Source: Bdellovibrionales bacterium (lineage in GTDB: Bacteria; Bdellovibrionota; Bdellovibrionia; Bdellovibrionales; JAGQZY01). From it: a stretch of DNA of 64,000 bases. Position numbers and translations under genes: made by a program. Positions 1 through 8,393 of this stretch are shown one piece after another. Under the pieces are notes generated by a model that saw only the letters and a program-made list of their open reading frames with translations, had not been told where the DNA came from and searched no databases. The DNA is taken from contig JBGSUL010000002.1 in NCBI GenBank assembly GCA_041736155.1, positions 2,151 to 66,150 on the forward strand. The letters run 5' to 3'. Position 1 is the first letter of the stretch. Each line of letters opens with the position of its first letter.

Positions 1-2417
1 TCTATTGAGATAACAAACAGCCATTGATTGTTGACCAAATCTTGAACCATTTTATGTTTGTTCATGATGCGGTCAATGTTTTCTGTTTTTGCCTGAATAA
101 AAACTTGCAAGCGGAGCGGCTCATGGAAGTATTGTCCCTTGTACAAAACAGATTGCTCACTGAGGCCCGAAAGAAGATCGCTGGCATTTCCCTGTAAACA
201 ACCGATACCTGCAACCACATTATGCAAGACTTTATTGCCGGTGCCAAATTTCTCCGGAGACACTGTGCTGGCATAATATTGCATGTTGATCCAATTGGTC
301 ACAATCATCGGTGCCGTCATAATGAGTTCTAAAATCGATAGATCCTCATCTTTGTCAGCATTGTATTCGTGGAGAAACGAACGACCATTTAAAGGGACTC
401 CTTGAGTCAAAGATCTCTTTGCAACAATAAATGCGGCATTGCGAGCCAGCCCCCACTCGGGGCGAATCTCTGACCAATCGTTGGCTTTTTTTAGTAAACT
501 TTTCTTTAAGTTGTGAATCGTTGCTCCTTCGCTGAACTTCAAATCCACCGCTCTTTCTTGACGGCAGCTCTCCTCGGCTTTTTCTAAATTGGTTTTTATT
601 TCTTGGATCCTCTTTTTCTGTTCTTCAGAGAGATAGGCTGGTTGATCAATATTGAGAACATCCAAAGTGGTATTATGCCACCCCGATACAAATACTGTTT
701 GTGGAGGAATGAAGATATTTTTTTCTTTGAGAAATTCCCGCACGGATGGCGCGTTAAGAATGTCCGCCAGCACACGCGCATTGCTCAAACCGTTGTGTCC
801 TGCGCAGGCCCCACAATCAAGTCCTGAGGAATAAGGATTGTTCGCCGAAGCACTTCCATGTCCAAAAAAGAGAACCAAGGGCGAAAAATTTTCTGTGAGA
901 CCCATATTTTTGAGGGCGCCCCAAGCAAATTGATTTTTTGTTTCTTCACTTAACGGCTGAATGTTTGGACGAAGACACTGTTCTTGCTCGGCATGCAAGC
1001 CAAGAGCGGCTACAGGAATATTCGGTGAACTCCAACCCGTCGCTGCCTTTAGAATTTTGTAAATATATGTCAGCCCCATCACTTCGACAAAAGTGAAACA
1101 CGAATTCGCGGAACCTTGTATTTTTTTAAGGAACCACAAAATGAGCGAACGTTGCGTTTTTTGCTGGAGGATCTTGACTGGGTCTTGGCCCACCACTGTC
1201 TCGTCAATTTCCACAGCGGCATTTAATAAAACGGGGCACTGTTGATCCGCCTCGGCATGGGCCGCCGCTTTGACGGAAATAGGAAGTCCAAAAAAACCCG
1301 CAAATCCTAAGGTGGTCACCTGAGGCATCGTTTTTTCTATATGTCGGCGCATCACTTCACTTCGCACATCAATGCAAAAAACCATTTGCGCTTGAACTTC
1401 GCTTGTTGACTGCACCGGTAATGTGGCTTTGGTTGCGATGGCTTTGAGTACTCCTCTTCGATAGGTATTCTCCACAGCTAAAAGCCAAATATATTGTTCT
1501 TGAGCACTTTTTAACTTTGTTGTGTCCACGTGCAGTTGTTTTTTAAAAGATTCGAAATCTTCGACATGATCCAAGAAAAGCATGTCGTAAGCTAAACGAA
1601 GAGCCAATATATCGGCGACGCCTCCATTTTTCTCGACCTGAGTCAGATTATTTGTTCTTTGAGCTTCAAATTCAAACTTTTGAAAGTACGACGCCCACCC
1701 TTGAATCGTGCTCAACAAGCGGAATAAATAATTTGTCAGCTCCTCGTCACTGAGTTGGACTTTGTTCATAAGTCTTTGAATAAGCACCTCAATAGCCTGG
1801 TGAGGATCCTGCGGAAGCTTATGAATAATGCTGTTTAAAGATGTTGTTTCTACTTTTACACTTTTGTCATGCTTCACTAAAGCCTTCCAGGCTTGGAAAA
1901 ATCTTTTTTCCTTTAAAGGCATCGACCACAAAGCCTGCACATCGTCAAAATAGGCTGAAGCCCAATGTGAAACCTCGCGCTGAATCCGTTTTGTATAATG
2001 AGTAGACTGTTGCTGATCATAATGGTCACTTAGGCATCGGAAAATGATTCCATTTAAGATGGGTATACTTTGACTAAAATCCGTCTTCAAAGTGCTGGGA
2101 CTCAAGTTGACTTCACCTCGATTTTTTTGCTCGTCAATAAATTGTTTGATCGCGAATTCAAGATCTGAAGCTAAAATAGTTCCTTTTGAAAATTGCTCTC
2201 TGAAAAATTCAAACTTGGGCAAAAGATTCGCTCCTGTGGCCGCCTGCGCATATAATATGGCATCCAAAAAATATTTATTTCTTTGGCCAAAGAATGGATT
2301 CACTGCAACAAAATCTCGAATGTCCCAATTTGGACTCAACATTCCAATCGCTGCTTGCAAGCATTTTCTTACATCAGCACTTAACACCACATTTTCCTCT
2401 TTGCTTTCAACACTCAT
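1..2417 (-). CDS. dabA: DabA (DUF2309/PF10070-type) subunit of a DAB inorganic-carbon accumulation complex; the C-terminus runs off the window
   Basis: Not in the ORF track because there is no stop inside the window. My manual minus-strand translation from the ATG at 2417-2415 stays open to position 1 (at least 805 codons). Family-typical motifs read directly: MVFCIDVRSE, GFAGFFGLP, GHGSASANNPYSSGLDCGACAGHNGLSNARV, RPEWGLARNAAFI, MIVTNWINMQYYAST..FGTGNKVLHNV. The ATG lies 2 nt after the dabB stop. Confidence 0.85.
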   Translation of the reverse strand, partial: MSVESKEENVVLSADVRKCLQAAIGMLSPNWDIRDFVAVNPFFGQRNKYFLDAILYAQAATGANLLPKFEFFREQFSKGTILASDLEFAIKQFIDEQKNRGEVNLSPSTLKTDFSQSIPILNGIIFRCLSDHYDQQQSTHYTKRIQREVSHWASAYFDDVQALWSMPLKEKRFFQAWKALVKHDKSVKVETTSLNSIIHKLPQDPHQAIEVLIQRLMNKVQLSDEELTNYLFRLLSTIQGWASYFQKFEFEAQRTNNLTQVEKNGGVADILALRLAYDMLFLDHVEDFESFKKQLHVDTTKLKSAQEQYIWLLAVENTYRRGVLKAIATKATLPVQSTSEVQAQMVFCIDVRSEVMRRHIEKTMPQVTTLGFAGFFGLPISVKAAAHAEADQQCPVLLNAAVEIDETVVGQDPVKILQQKTQRSLILWFLKKIQGSANSCFTFVEVMGLTYIYKILKAATGWSSPNIPVAALGLHAEQEQCLRPNIQPLSEETKNQFAWGALKNMGLTENFSPLVLFFGHGSASANNPYSSGLDCGACAGHNGLSNARVLADILNAPSVREFLKEKNIFIPPQTVFVSGWHNTTLDVLNIDQPAYLSEEQKKRIQEIKTNLEKAEESCRQERAVDLKFSEGATIHNLKKSLLKKANDWSEIRPEWGLARNAAFIVAKRSLTQGVPLNGRSFLHEYNADKDEDLSILELIMTAPMIVTNWINMQYYASTVSPEKFGTGNKVLHNVVAGIGCLQGNASDLLSGLSEQSVLYKGQYFHEPLRLQVFIQAKTENIDRIMNKHKMVQDLVNNQWLFVISI

Positions 2418-2419
2418 TT

Positions 2420-3922
2420 TCAAAAGAATCCTCCTCGATAGATTTTCACATACAATCGACGACCCCAAGTCGTTCGGTTGATTAATTCCAAATGATTTTG
2501 CAGAAAATAAAGAACGATAAAAAAGGGAATAATCAGTAAGTAGAGCGTGACTTCGAAAAAATTAAATTGCGTCTGAAGTGAAACTTGATGATCCAATAGC
2601 AGTTCCATCCCCTCCCCGAGCCCTTTGTAAACCACACCAAAAATCAGCGCGAGCACAAATCCTCGGAGCTTGCTCTGTGACGACAAAATGATCTGTCCTA
2701 AGGCGAGGGCGAGAATGATTAACAAAATAGCTTCCCCAATTTTTTGGGATGGAGAAAATCCAACAAGAAAAGCTCCGCAAAAAACGCCACCGATAGACAT
2801 CACCGCGGCGATAAAAGGTGCCCAGATAGTGTTTTCTTCTTTTTTCATTGGAAAATAGCGTTGGAGTCTTCCAAAATCCGTGGCTGTCGTCGAACTTAGA
2901 AAGACATAGGCTTTGTAAAAGGCATGACCAACAATATGCAAAGCGGCCAAATGAAAAACACCCAATCCACATTGCAGCATCATAAAACCCATTTGGGCTA
3001 TCGTCGAATAAGCGAGACTTTTTTTAATGTTCGTCTGTGTCAGCATGATCAGAACCGCATAGAAAGTTGTAAAACCTCCAACAAACGTGAGGAGGATCAA
3101 AGAAAGGGGCACCGCCGACAAAAGTGGACTCATGCGAATGATCAGATAGCCTCCACCATTGATAATTCCCGCATGCATGATGGCAGAAACAGGCGTTGGT
3201 GTTTCCATAGTATTGGGCAACCAAAAGTGGAAGGGAAATTGGGCCGACTTAGCCATGGCCCCCAAAATAAGTAAAATGGCAGCCACGTGCAAGGCAAGCT
3301 CATTGTTTTTAACAAAGGTCTCATCACTTACTGTTTTAAATAGGAGATCGAAATCCCATGTTTTAAATGTAAGAAAAATAAGAACTGAGGAACTTAAAAT
3401 AAACAAATCTCCTATTCGAGAAATCCAAAATTTTTGTCCCGCCGCCTTCATTGCACCACCCCGTTGCTTAAAATGTGTGAGTAGCTGGTGCAAAAAATAG
3501 GATGTCATCACCCAAGAAATAAAAAAGACGATGAGGTTTTGCGACAACAGCATGATCAGCACACTGGTCATGGTCCACGAAAGATTTCTCATAAACTGGA
3601 GACGATGAGGATCATCTTCTAAGTATTTATAGGAAAACCGACTGACCACCGCTCCGATCGTGAGCACGGTGGATCCAATCAATCCTGACAATCTATCTAA
3701 GGACAAACCGATGGTGACAAACGGACGCTCGCTGGTCAGGGGAATTGTCAAGAGAACCCAATCTAGACGCGATGAAAAAATCCCACACTCCAAGGTCAAC
3801 AAAGCCAAGGTCAAAGCTCCCAAATAAATCAGAGGACTAAACAATAGGCGCGGCAAGTTTCGCGCAATGCTCCGATAAATGACGGGAAAGAGAGTAATCA
3901 GGGGCAATATGTAGGCTTCCAA
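2420..3922 (-). CDS. dabB: DabB, NuoL/Mrp-antiporter-like proton-conducting membrane subunit of the DAB complex
   Basis: 500-aa polytopic membrane ORF with a NuoL-like segment (FWLPNTMETPTPVSAIMHAGIINGGGYLIIR). TTG start at 3922, 6 nt after AAGGAG. It lies immediately upstream of dabA on the same strand. Confidence 0.8.
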   Translation of the reverse strand: MEAYILPLITLFPVIYRSIARNLPRLLFSPLIYLGALTLALLTLECGIFSSRLDWVLLTIPLTSERPFVTIGLSLDRLSGLIGSTVLTIGAVVSRFSYKYLEDDPHRLQFMRNLSWTMTSVLIMLLSQNLIVFFISWVMTSYFLHQLLTHFKQRGGAMKAAGQKFWISRIGDLFILSSSVLIFLTFKTWDFDLLFKTVSDETFVKNNELALHVAAILLILGAMAKSAQFPFHFWLPNTMETPTPVSAIMHAGIINGGGYLIIRMSPLLSAVPLSLILLTFVGGFTTFYAVLIMLTQTNIKKSLAYSTIAQMGFMMLQCGLGVFHLAALHIVGHAFYKAYVFLSSTTATDFGRLQRYFPMKKEENTIWAPFIAAVMSIGGVFCGAFLVGFSPSQKIGEAILLIILALALGQIILSSQSKLRGFVLALIFGVVYKGLGEGMELLLDHQVSLQTQFNFFEVTLYLLIIPFFIVLYFLQNHLELINRTTWGRRLYVKIYRGGFF

Positions 3923-4070
3923 TGGCTTCTCCTTGCTTATAAAAAGGGTATCGCCTAAGTTTTAAATATATGCAATATATTTCGTGTATTATATTTCATG
4001 TATTATTATGCATGCTTCTAAGATAGATTTAGCTTCCTTAATAGAAGCCCATTTTGATAAGGAAATAAAA

Positions 4071-4367
4071 ATGACCGCACCTAAAACAAACTGGACCTTT
4101 TTTAGTAACCATGGACATGTCTATTTTCTTTTAGCAACAGAACCAGACATTGTGCTGAGAGAAGTGGCAGCTCAAGTGGGTATAACCGAACGAGCCGTCC
4201 AAGGAATTGTGCAAGATCTCGAGGACGCAGGTTACATCAAGAAAGAAAAGGTGGGACGTACCAACCAATACAAAATCTCACCAGGGAAAACGCTGCGACA
4301 TCCATTGGAGAGAAACGTTCTTCTAAAAGAGCTCGTGAAGTTGATCAGTTTTGGAAAAAAAACTTAA
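4071..4367 (+). CDS. Small winged-helix (MarR/ArsR-like) transcriptional regulator, divergent from dabBA
   Basis: ORF track gives 3984..4367. The GTG at 3984 has no SD, while the internal ATG at 4071 has AAGGA about 9 nt upstream. HTH-like segment: LREVAAQVGITERAVQGIVQDLEDAGYIKKEKVGRTNQY. Confidence 0.6.
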   Translation: MTAPKTNWTFFSNHGHVYFLLATEPDIVLREVAAQVGITERAVQGIVQDLEDAGYIKKEKVGRTNQYKISPGKTLRHPLERNVLLKELVKLISFGKKT

Positions 4368-4863
4368 TTGCAAAACGGAACACGAACTTAAAATTTCTAA
4401 TCGATAATCACTTTGATTTTTTTGTCTTCGGGCCAGGTTTCGCCAGCTTCGGCAGTTGTGCGCACCACGCGGCCTTTGTGCGACCTTGAAGGTTAACAAT
4501 AATCTGAAATGTGTCGAGGAGGCCAAGAAACAAGCTCAAATATTCGTTGCAGTCGAAGAAAAAATATCTTCGCTGTACGGTATAAACGTAGTGGCCGCAT
4601 TTTTTTGTAGAAGAGAGTAATGGCATTCTATACTACGGTATTGGGATTAATTATGATGGATTTGATCTTGGTGTGAACGTTGGTCTTTCTAAATCGGATT
4701 GTTCTTTGGCTCTAGAATCAAACTTTGTGACAGGTTTAGACTAATTTTTTTTCTGGGTATTTAAGATTTGTTTGCGTTGATCGATGCGAATGAAAAACAA
4801 GCAGTCCTCGGCAGCAGATCAAAAACAGCTCTGTCGAGAATGCTTGTAATAATACACAATCTC

Positions 4864-4892
4864 ATCAACGCATATTTAAAATTTGCGTTGAT
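4864..4892. repeat. Inverted repeat ATCAACGCA-N11-TGCGTTGAT (operator-like)
   Basis: Perfect 9-bp arms at 4864-4872 and 4884-4892 around an AT-rich 11-nt spacer. The same 9-mer TGCGTTGAT also occurs at 4773-4781 and at 54284-54292, both intergenic. Confidence 0.8.
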
Positions 4893-5536
4893 AGAGTACT
4901 AACAAAACATTTTGCCGCTCGCTACGCAACTTCTGCCCGACTTACCTTACGCGGGACTTATCACTTTTACACAAGTTTATGGTTAGCAGTCTCACATTGC
5001 TAAATTGTGGCGTTCCACTGGAATCTTCTGGCCTTCGTTTCTCCAGTGGCCGCTGCGTAGGATATCCGTCTCTTCCATAAAATCTACCGATAAGCCCCGG
5101 CGAATGTCGTCTCTCTTTCGTGCGAGTACCCGATGCTTTATTTCACGGTCCACTGCAGTTACGAATGACATGGCTTAGTAGCAAATGGTAGAAACTTTTT
5201 GCCGCTGACCAAGTTTACAATGAGAAAAACATTTTTTTGTTTTTCATGGCTTTTTTTTGTCAAAAGTACCTGGCAAACAATGCTTAAGAATTAATTCTGA
5301 AGAGGGGTATGGTTTTGCGTATTGAAAAAGTCTGGTGAATTTAGTTCAGTAAAGATGGGCAGTGCAGGGTTTAGGAATTTTTAACGCGGTTCTTGCACTG
5401 TAATCTCTCTCCCCTGCCCGTTCCCAGTCCAGACTCATCCAATAATCAAAGCTATTTAACAATCAACCTATTACCTAAAAACTTAAATACACAAAAAAGT
5501 AAGTCTTACAGGTGCGAAACGCTCCCGCGTTCCCCC

Positions 5537-7660
5537 TCATAACGGGAGAGACTCCAACCACACTACAAAAGCGTATTCGTCGGCGACTTCACGAGTGCGG
5601 GCAAAGCGGCCGGTGACGCCGCTGTGGCCTGCTCCCATTTCGGTTTTCATCACAATCAAGGTATTGGCTTGGTTCATGTCTCGCAAGCGGGCGGCCCATT
5701 TCAGAGGCTCCCAATATTGCACTTGCGAATCATGGTAGCCAGTGGTGATCAACACGTGGGGATACTTTTGCGCGGTGACGTTGTCGTACGGCGAATAGGA
5801 TTTGATGTAGTTGTACGCTTTTTTCTCGTTGGGATTTCCCCACTGCTCGTACTCACCGGTGGTGAGCGGTATGCTAGCATCGAGCATGGTGGTGACCACA
5901 TCCACAAACGGAACGGCTGCATGCACTCCGCGGTAAAGATCGGGACGCAAATTCATCACCGCACCCATCAACAAGCCGCCGGCGCTGCCCCCCTGCATAT
6001 ACACGTGATCTTTATGTCCATACTTTTTCTTGAGGAGATACTCGGTGCTCGCCACAAAATCTGTGAAGGTATTCTTCTTTTTCATCATCCGACCGTTTTC
6101 AAACCAATCGCGCCCTAACTCTTGGCCGCCGCGAATGTGCGCAATGGCGTAGACAAATCCGCGATCTAATAAACTGATGATATTGGGGCGAAACGTCGCT
6201 TCCATAGAGTATCCGTAAGAACCATACCCGTAGATAAACAGAGGATTTTCTCCCGGTTTAAACAGCGATTTTTTGTAGACCAGAGAAATGGGTATTTTCG
6301 CGCCATCTTTTGCGACGGCCCATACGCGCTCTGACGCATAATTTTTTGCGGTATAGGTGGGAACTTCTTTTTGTTTTATCAATGTAGACTTTTTCTTTTT
6401 GACGTCAAAGTCGTAGACGGCATCCGGTTGCACCAACGACGTGTAGGTATAGCGCAGTACGGGAGTGTCATATTCGTCGTTCTGACCAATTTCGGCTTCG
6501 TAAACAGGATCCGGAAACGTAATCAGATCTTTCTTTTTGTCTTTGCGTCCGCGAATTTCAATTCCGGTCAGCGCATTGGTGCGCGTGCTTATGGCAATAA
6601 AATTTTGGAAAATCGCAAAATTTTGCATATACGTTTTTTCCCGATGCGCCACCACATCTTTCCACGCCCGTTTGTTCGTCTGCGTGTAAGGTGTCTTCAT
6701 CAATCGGAAGTTCTTCGCTTGCCAGTTCGTGCGGATGTAAAAACCATCGCCACCATCTTCGACACTGTACTCGTGATTCTTTTCCCGCTTGAGGAAAATT
6801 TTAAAATCCTGTGTGGGCTGGGCCGCTGGCACAAACAGAAACTCGGAACTATTCACACTGCTGGTGTCGATAAAAATCGTTTTGCCATTTAAAGACTTAC
6901 GAACACCGGCATTAAAAATTTCGTCTTTCTCAAAATAAACTTCAGTGGATTTATTTTCGCTGAGATTAAAACGAAAAATTTTCTCGGAACGCAAGGTTTC
7001 TGGATTTTGTTGGGCGTAGAATCCATGATTGTTGTCAGCAGCCCAAACAAAATTCCCAGTGGTGTTGGGGATGTTTTGTTTGTAAGTTTTTTGAGTTTTC
7101 AGATTTTTAAAATAAAGAGTGTAAAAACGGCGCCCCACATCATCCACAGCGTAAGTTAGAATTTCGTGATTGGGAGAGACTTCCACAACCACCGCGGAGT
7201 AGTACTTTTTGCCTTTGGCGAGAACGTTGATATCGAGAATGATTTCTTCTTCGGCATTCAGACTGCCTTTTTTACGACAATAAATACCGTATTCTTTGCC
7301 CTTCTCTACTCGAGAATAATAAAAATAATCACCGTTCTTTGCCGGTGGCGAGCTATCGTCTTCTTTGATACGCGCTTTCATTTCGGTGAACAAAGTGTCG
7401 GCGATTTTTTTACTCTGATTTAAAATAGTTTGCGCGTAAGCATTTTCGGCCTCGATGTGCGCTAGCACTTTTTTGCTATCGCGATTTCTCATCCAGAAAT
7501 AAGGATCAGAGCGACGGTCACCATGCAGCAGATGTTCGTAAGCTTCTTGTGGCGCTTTGGGTGGTGTCGATGTCGTTGTGGATTTCGTCATTGAAGATTT
7601 CATAGACTGGCAGGATACCAAAAATATGATGATGCTTAAATACATTAATACGTGACGCAC
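5537..7660 (-). CDS. ptrB: Oligopeptidase B / protease II (S9A prolyl-oligopeptidase family), exported lipoprotein form
   Basis: 707 aa with full-length S9A architecture. Nucleophile elbow GGSAGGLLMG, plus TTGYHDSQV and GAGHSG catalytic-region motifs. The N-terminus ends in a lipobox-like IIIFLVSC. Confidence 0.85.
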   Translation of the reverse strand: MRHVLMYLSIIIFLVSCQSMKSSMTKSTTTSTPPKAPQEAYEHLLHGDRRSDPYFWMRNRDSKKVLAHIEAENAYAQTILNQSKKIADTLFTEMKARIKEDDSSPPAKNGDYFYYSRVEKGKEYGIYCRKKGSLNAEEEIILDINVLAKGKKYYSAVVVEVSPNHEILTYAVDDVGRRFYTLYFKNLKTQKTYKQNIPNTTGNFVWAADNNHGFYAQQNPETLRSEKIFRFNLSENKSTEVYFEKDEIFNAGVRKSLNGKTIFIDTSSVNSSEFLFVPAAQPTQDFKIFLKREKNHEYSVEDGGDGFYIRTNWQAKNFRLMKTPYTQTNKRAWKDVVAHREKTYMQNFAIFQNFIAISTRTNALTGIEIRGRKDKKKDLITFPDPVYEAEIGQNDEYDTPVLRYTYTSLVQPDAVYDFDVKKKKSTLIKQKEVPTYTAKNYASERVWAVAKDGAKIPISLVYKKSLFKPGENPLFIYGYGSYGYSMEATFRPNIISLLDRGFVYAIAHIRGGQELGRDWFENGRMMKKKNTFTDFVASTEYLLKKKYGHKDHVYMQGGSAGGLLMGAVMNLRPDLYRGVHAAVPFVDVVTTMLDASIPLTTGEYEQWGNPNEKKAYNYIKSYSPYDNVTAQKYPHVLITTGYHDSQVQYWEPLKWAARLRDMNQANTLIVMKTEMGAGHSGVTGRFARTREVADEYAFVVWLESLPL

Positions 7661-7731
7661 AAGCCCCCTTGGTATTGAGAACTTGTGTTACCGATTTTTG
7701 CTTAAAAAGTCACGTCGGTTAGACAGCTGTC

Positions 7732-8154
7732 CTAATTTTCTGCGCGGGCTTCCATCATCTCTAAAGACTTGTCCATCACCTTCATCTCGATAAAACGGAG
7801 GCGATGACGAGGATCAATGGCACCACGACGAATGTTATGATCGACGTAACCCACAACCTGCTTTTTAAAATCATTGCGTTCATGGTCTGATAAACCCTTA
7901 AGTGGCCCAAAGGGACCAAAAAGATTACTCATGGTGGCTTCTGTTTGACGCGCGCTTGATACAGATCGCCCATGTTTTTTTGCATTTACAATTTTAATTA
8001 AACGCACCCTCGATGGATCCAACCGTGCATGGACTGCCTTAGCTGCCGGCTGTGCCTTTTTTATGTAAGCTCTATAAACCAGTGAGCTTGCCAGGATCAG
8101 TCCCACCAAACTGCTATAACCAATGGCAACGTGCCACAAAGATTTTGTGTTCAT
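7732..8154 (-). CDS. Hypothetical membrane-anchored protein (one N-terminal TM helix)
   Basis: 140-aa ORF with a hydrophobic N-terminal segment (VAIGYSSLVGLILASSLVY). A sigma-28-type promoter lies about 20 nt upstream of the ATG. Confidence 0.6.
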   Translation of the reverse strand: MNTKSLWHVAIGYSSLVGLILASSLVYRAYIKKAQPAAKAVHARLDPSRVRLIKIVNAKKHGRSVSSARQTEATMSNLFGPFGPLKGLSDHERNDFKKQVVGYVDHNIRRGAIDPRHRLRFIEMKVMDKSLEMMEARAEN

Positions 8155-8170
8155 TTTTCCCCCTACCCTT

Positions 8171-8203
8171 CTAGACCTTCGGCGGGGGTGAAATAAAACT
8201 TAA
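8171..8203 (-). promoter_or_regulatory. Sigma-28 (FliA)-type promoter for 7732..8154
   Basis: Minus strand reads TAAG-N15-GCCGAAGG-TCTAG against the consensus TAAA-N15-GCCGATAA. It shares TAAGTTTT and the trailing TCTAG with the flagellin promoter at 38119-38150. Confidence 0.5.
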
Positions 8204-8393
8204 GACTTTGTTCTCCGAAAATGTCGAAGTTCTCGACATGAAACAAAAACTGTTTCGCTTTGAAACAAACTCAGCAGTTTGCAATGGATTAAAACTCTCT
8301 AACCCGTTTAAAATAACGAGTGCCCTGTCCTCCAGAAGTTGAGCTTTTAAAGCTGAGCTCCAGGCGGTCAGGGCACTCAGGGGGGCGTCGTCT

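Noticed and set aside
2562-3500. Several 60-136-aa ORFs nested in or antisense to dabB. Similar nested ORFs occur in ptrB, fliD, the RND gene and glmS/glmU.
   Set aside because: All lie within strongly supported long genes and have no independent signals. They are typical shadow ORFs.
4379-4744. Three open frame pieces that could be joined by +1/-1 changes at two T7 runs (4417-4423, 4600-4606), giving a beta-strand-like sequence (...YGIGINYDGFDLGVNVGLS...).
   Set aside because: There is no usable start codon or SD for the first piece, no signal peptide and no family recognised. It may be a decayed gene or chance. A translated database search would decide.
4905-5215. A possible cobalamin riboswitch, because the minus strand contains GGCCACTGGAG, reminiscent of the GCCACTG core.
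   Set aside because: There is no B12 box (AGYCMGGAGACCKGCC-like) and no GGTG/AATCC elements. There is also no downstream gene in that orientation.
5260-5440. A c-di-GMP-I (GEMM-I) riboswitch. I considered it because an orphan, highly expressed c-di-GMP riboswitch RNA is known in Bdellovibrio.
   Set aside because: The conserved ACGCAAAGC core and GCAAA tetraloop-receptor arrangement are absent on both strands. Only a loose ACGCAAAACC is present.
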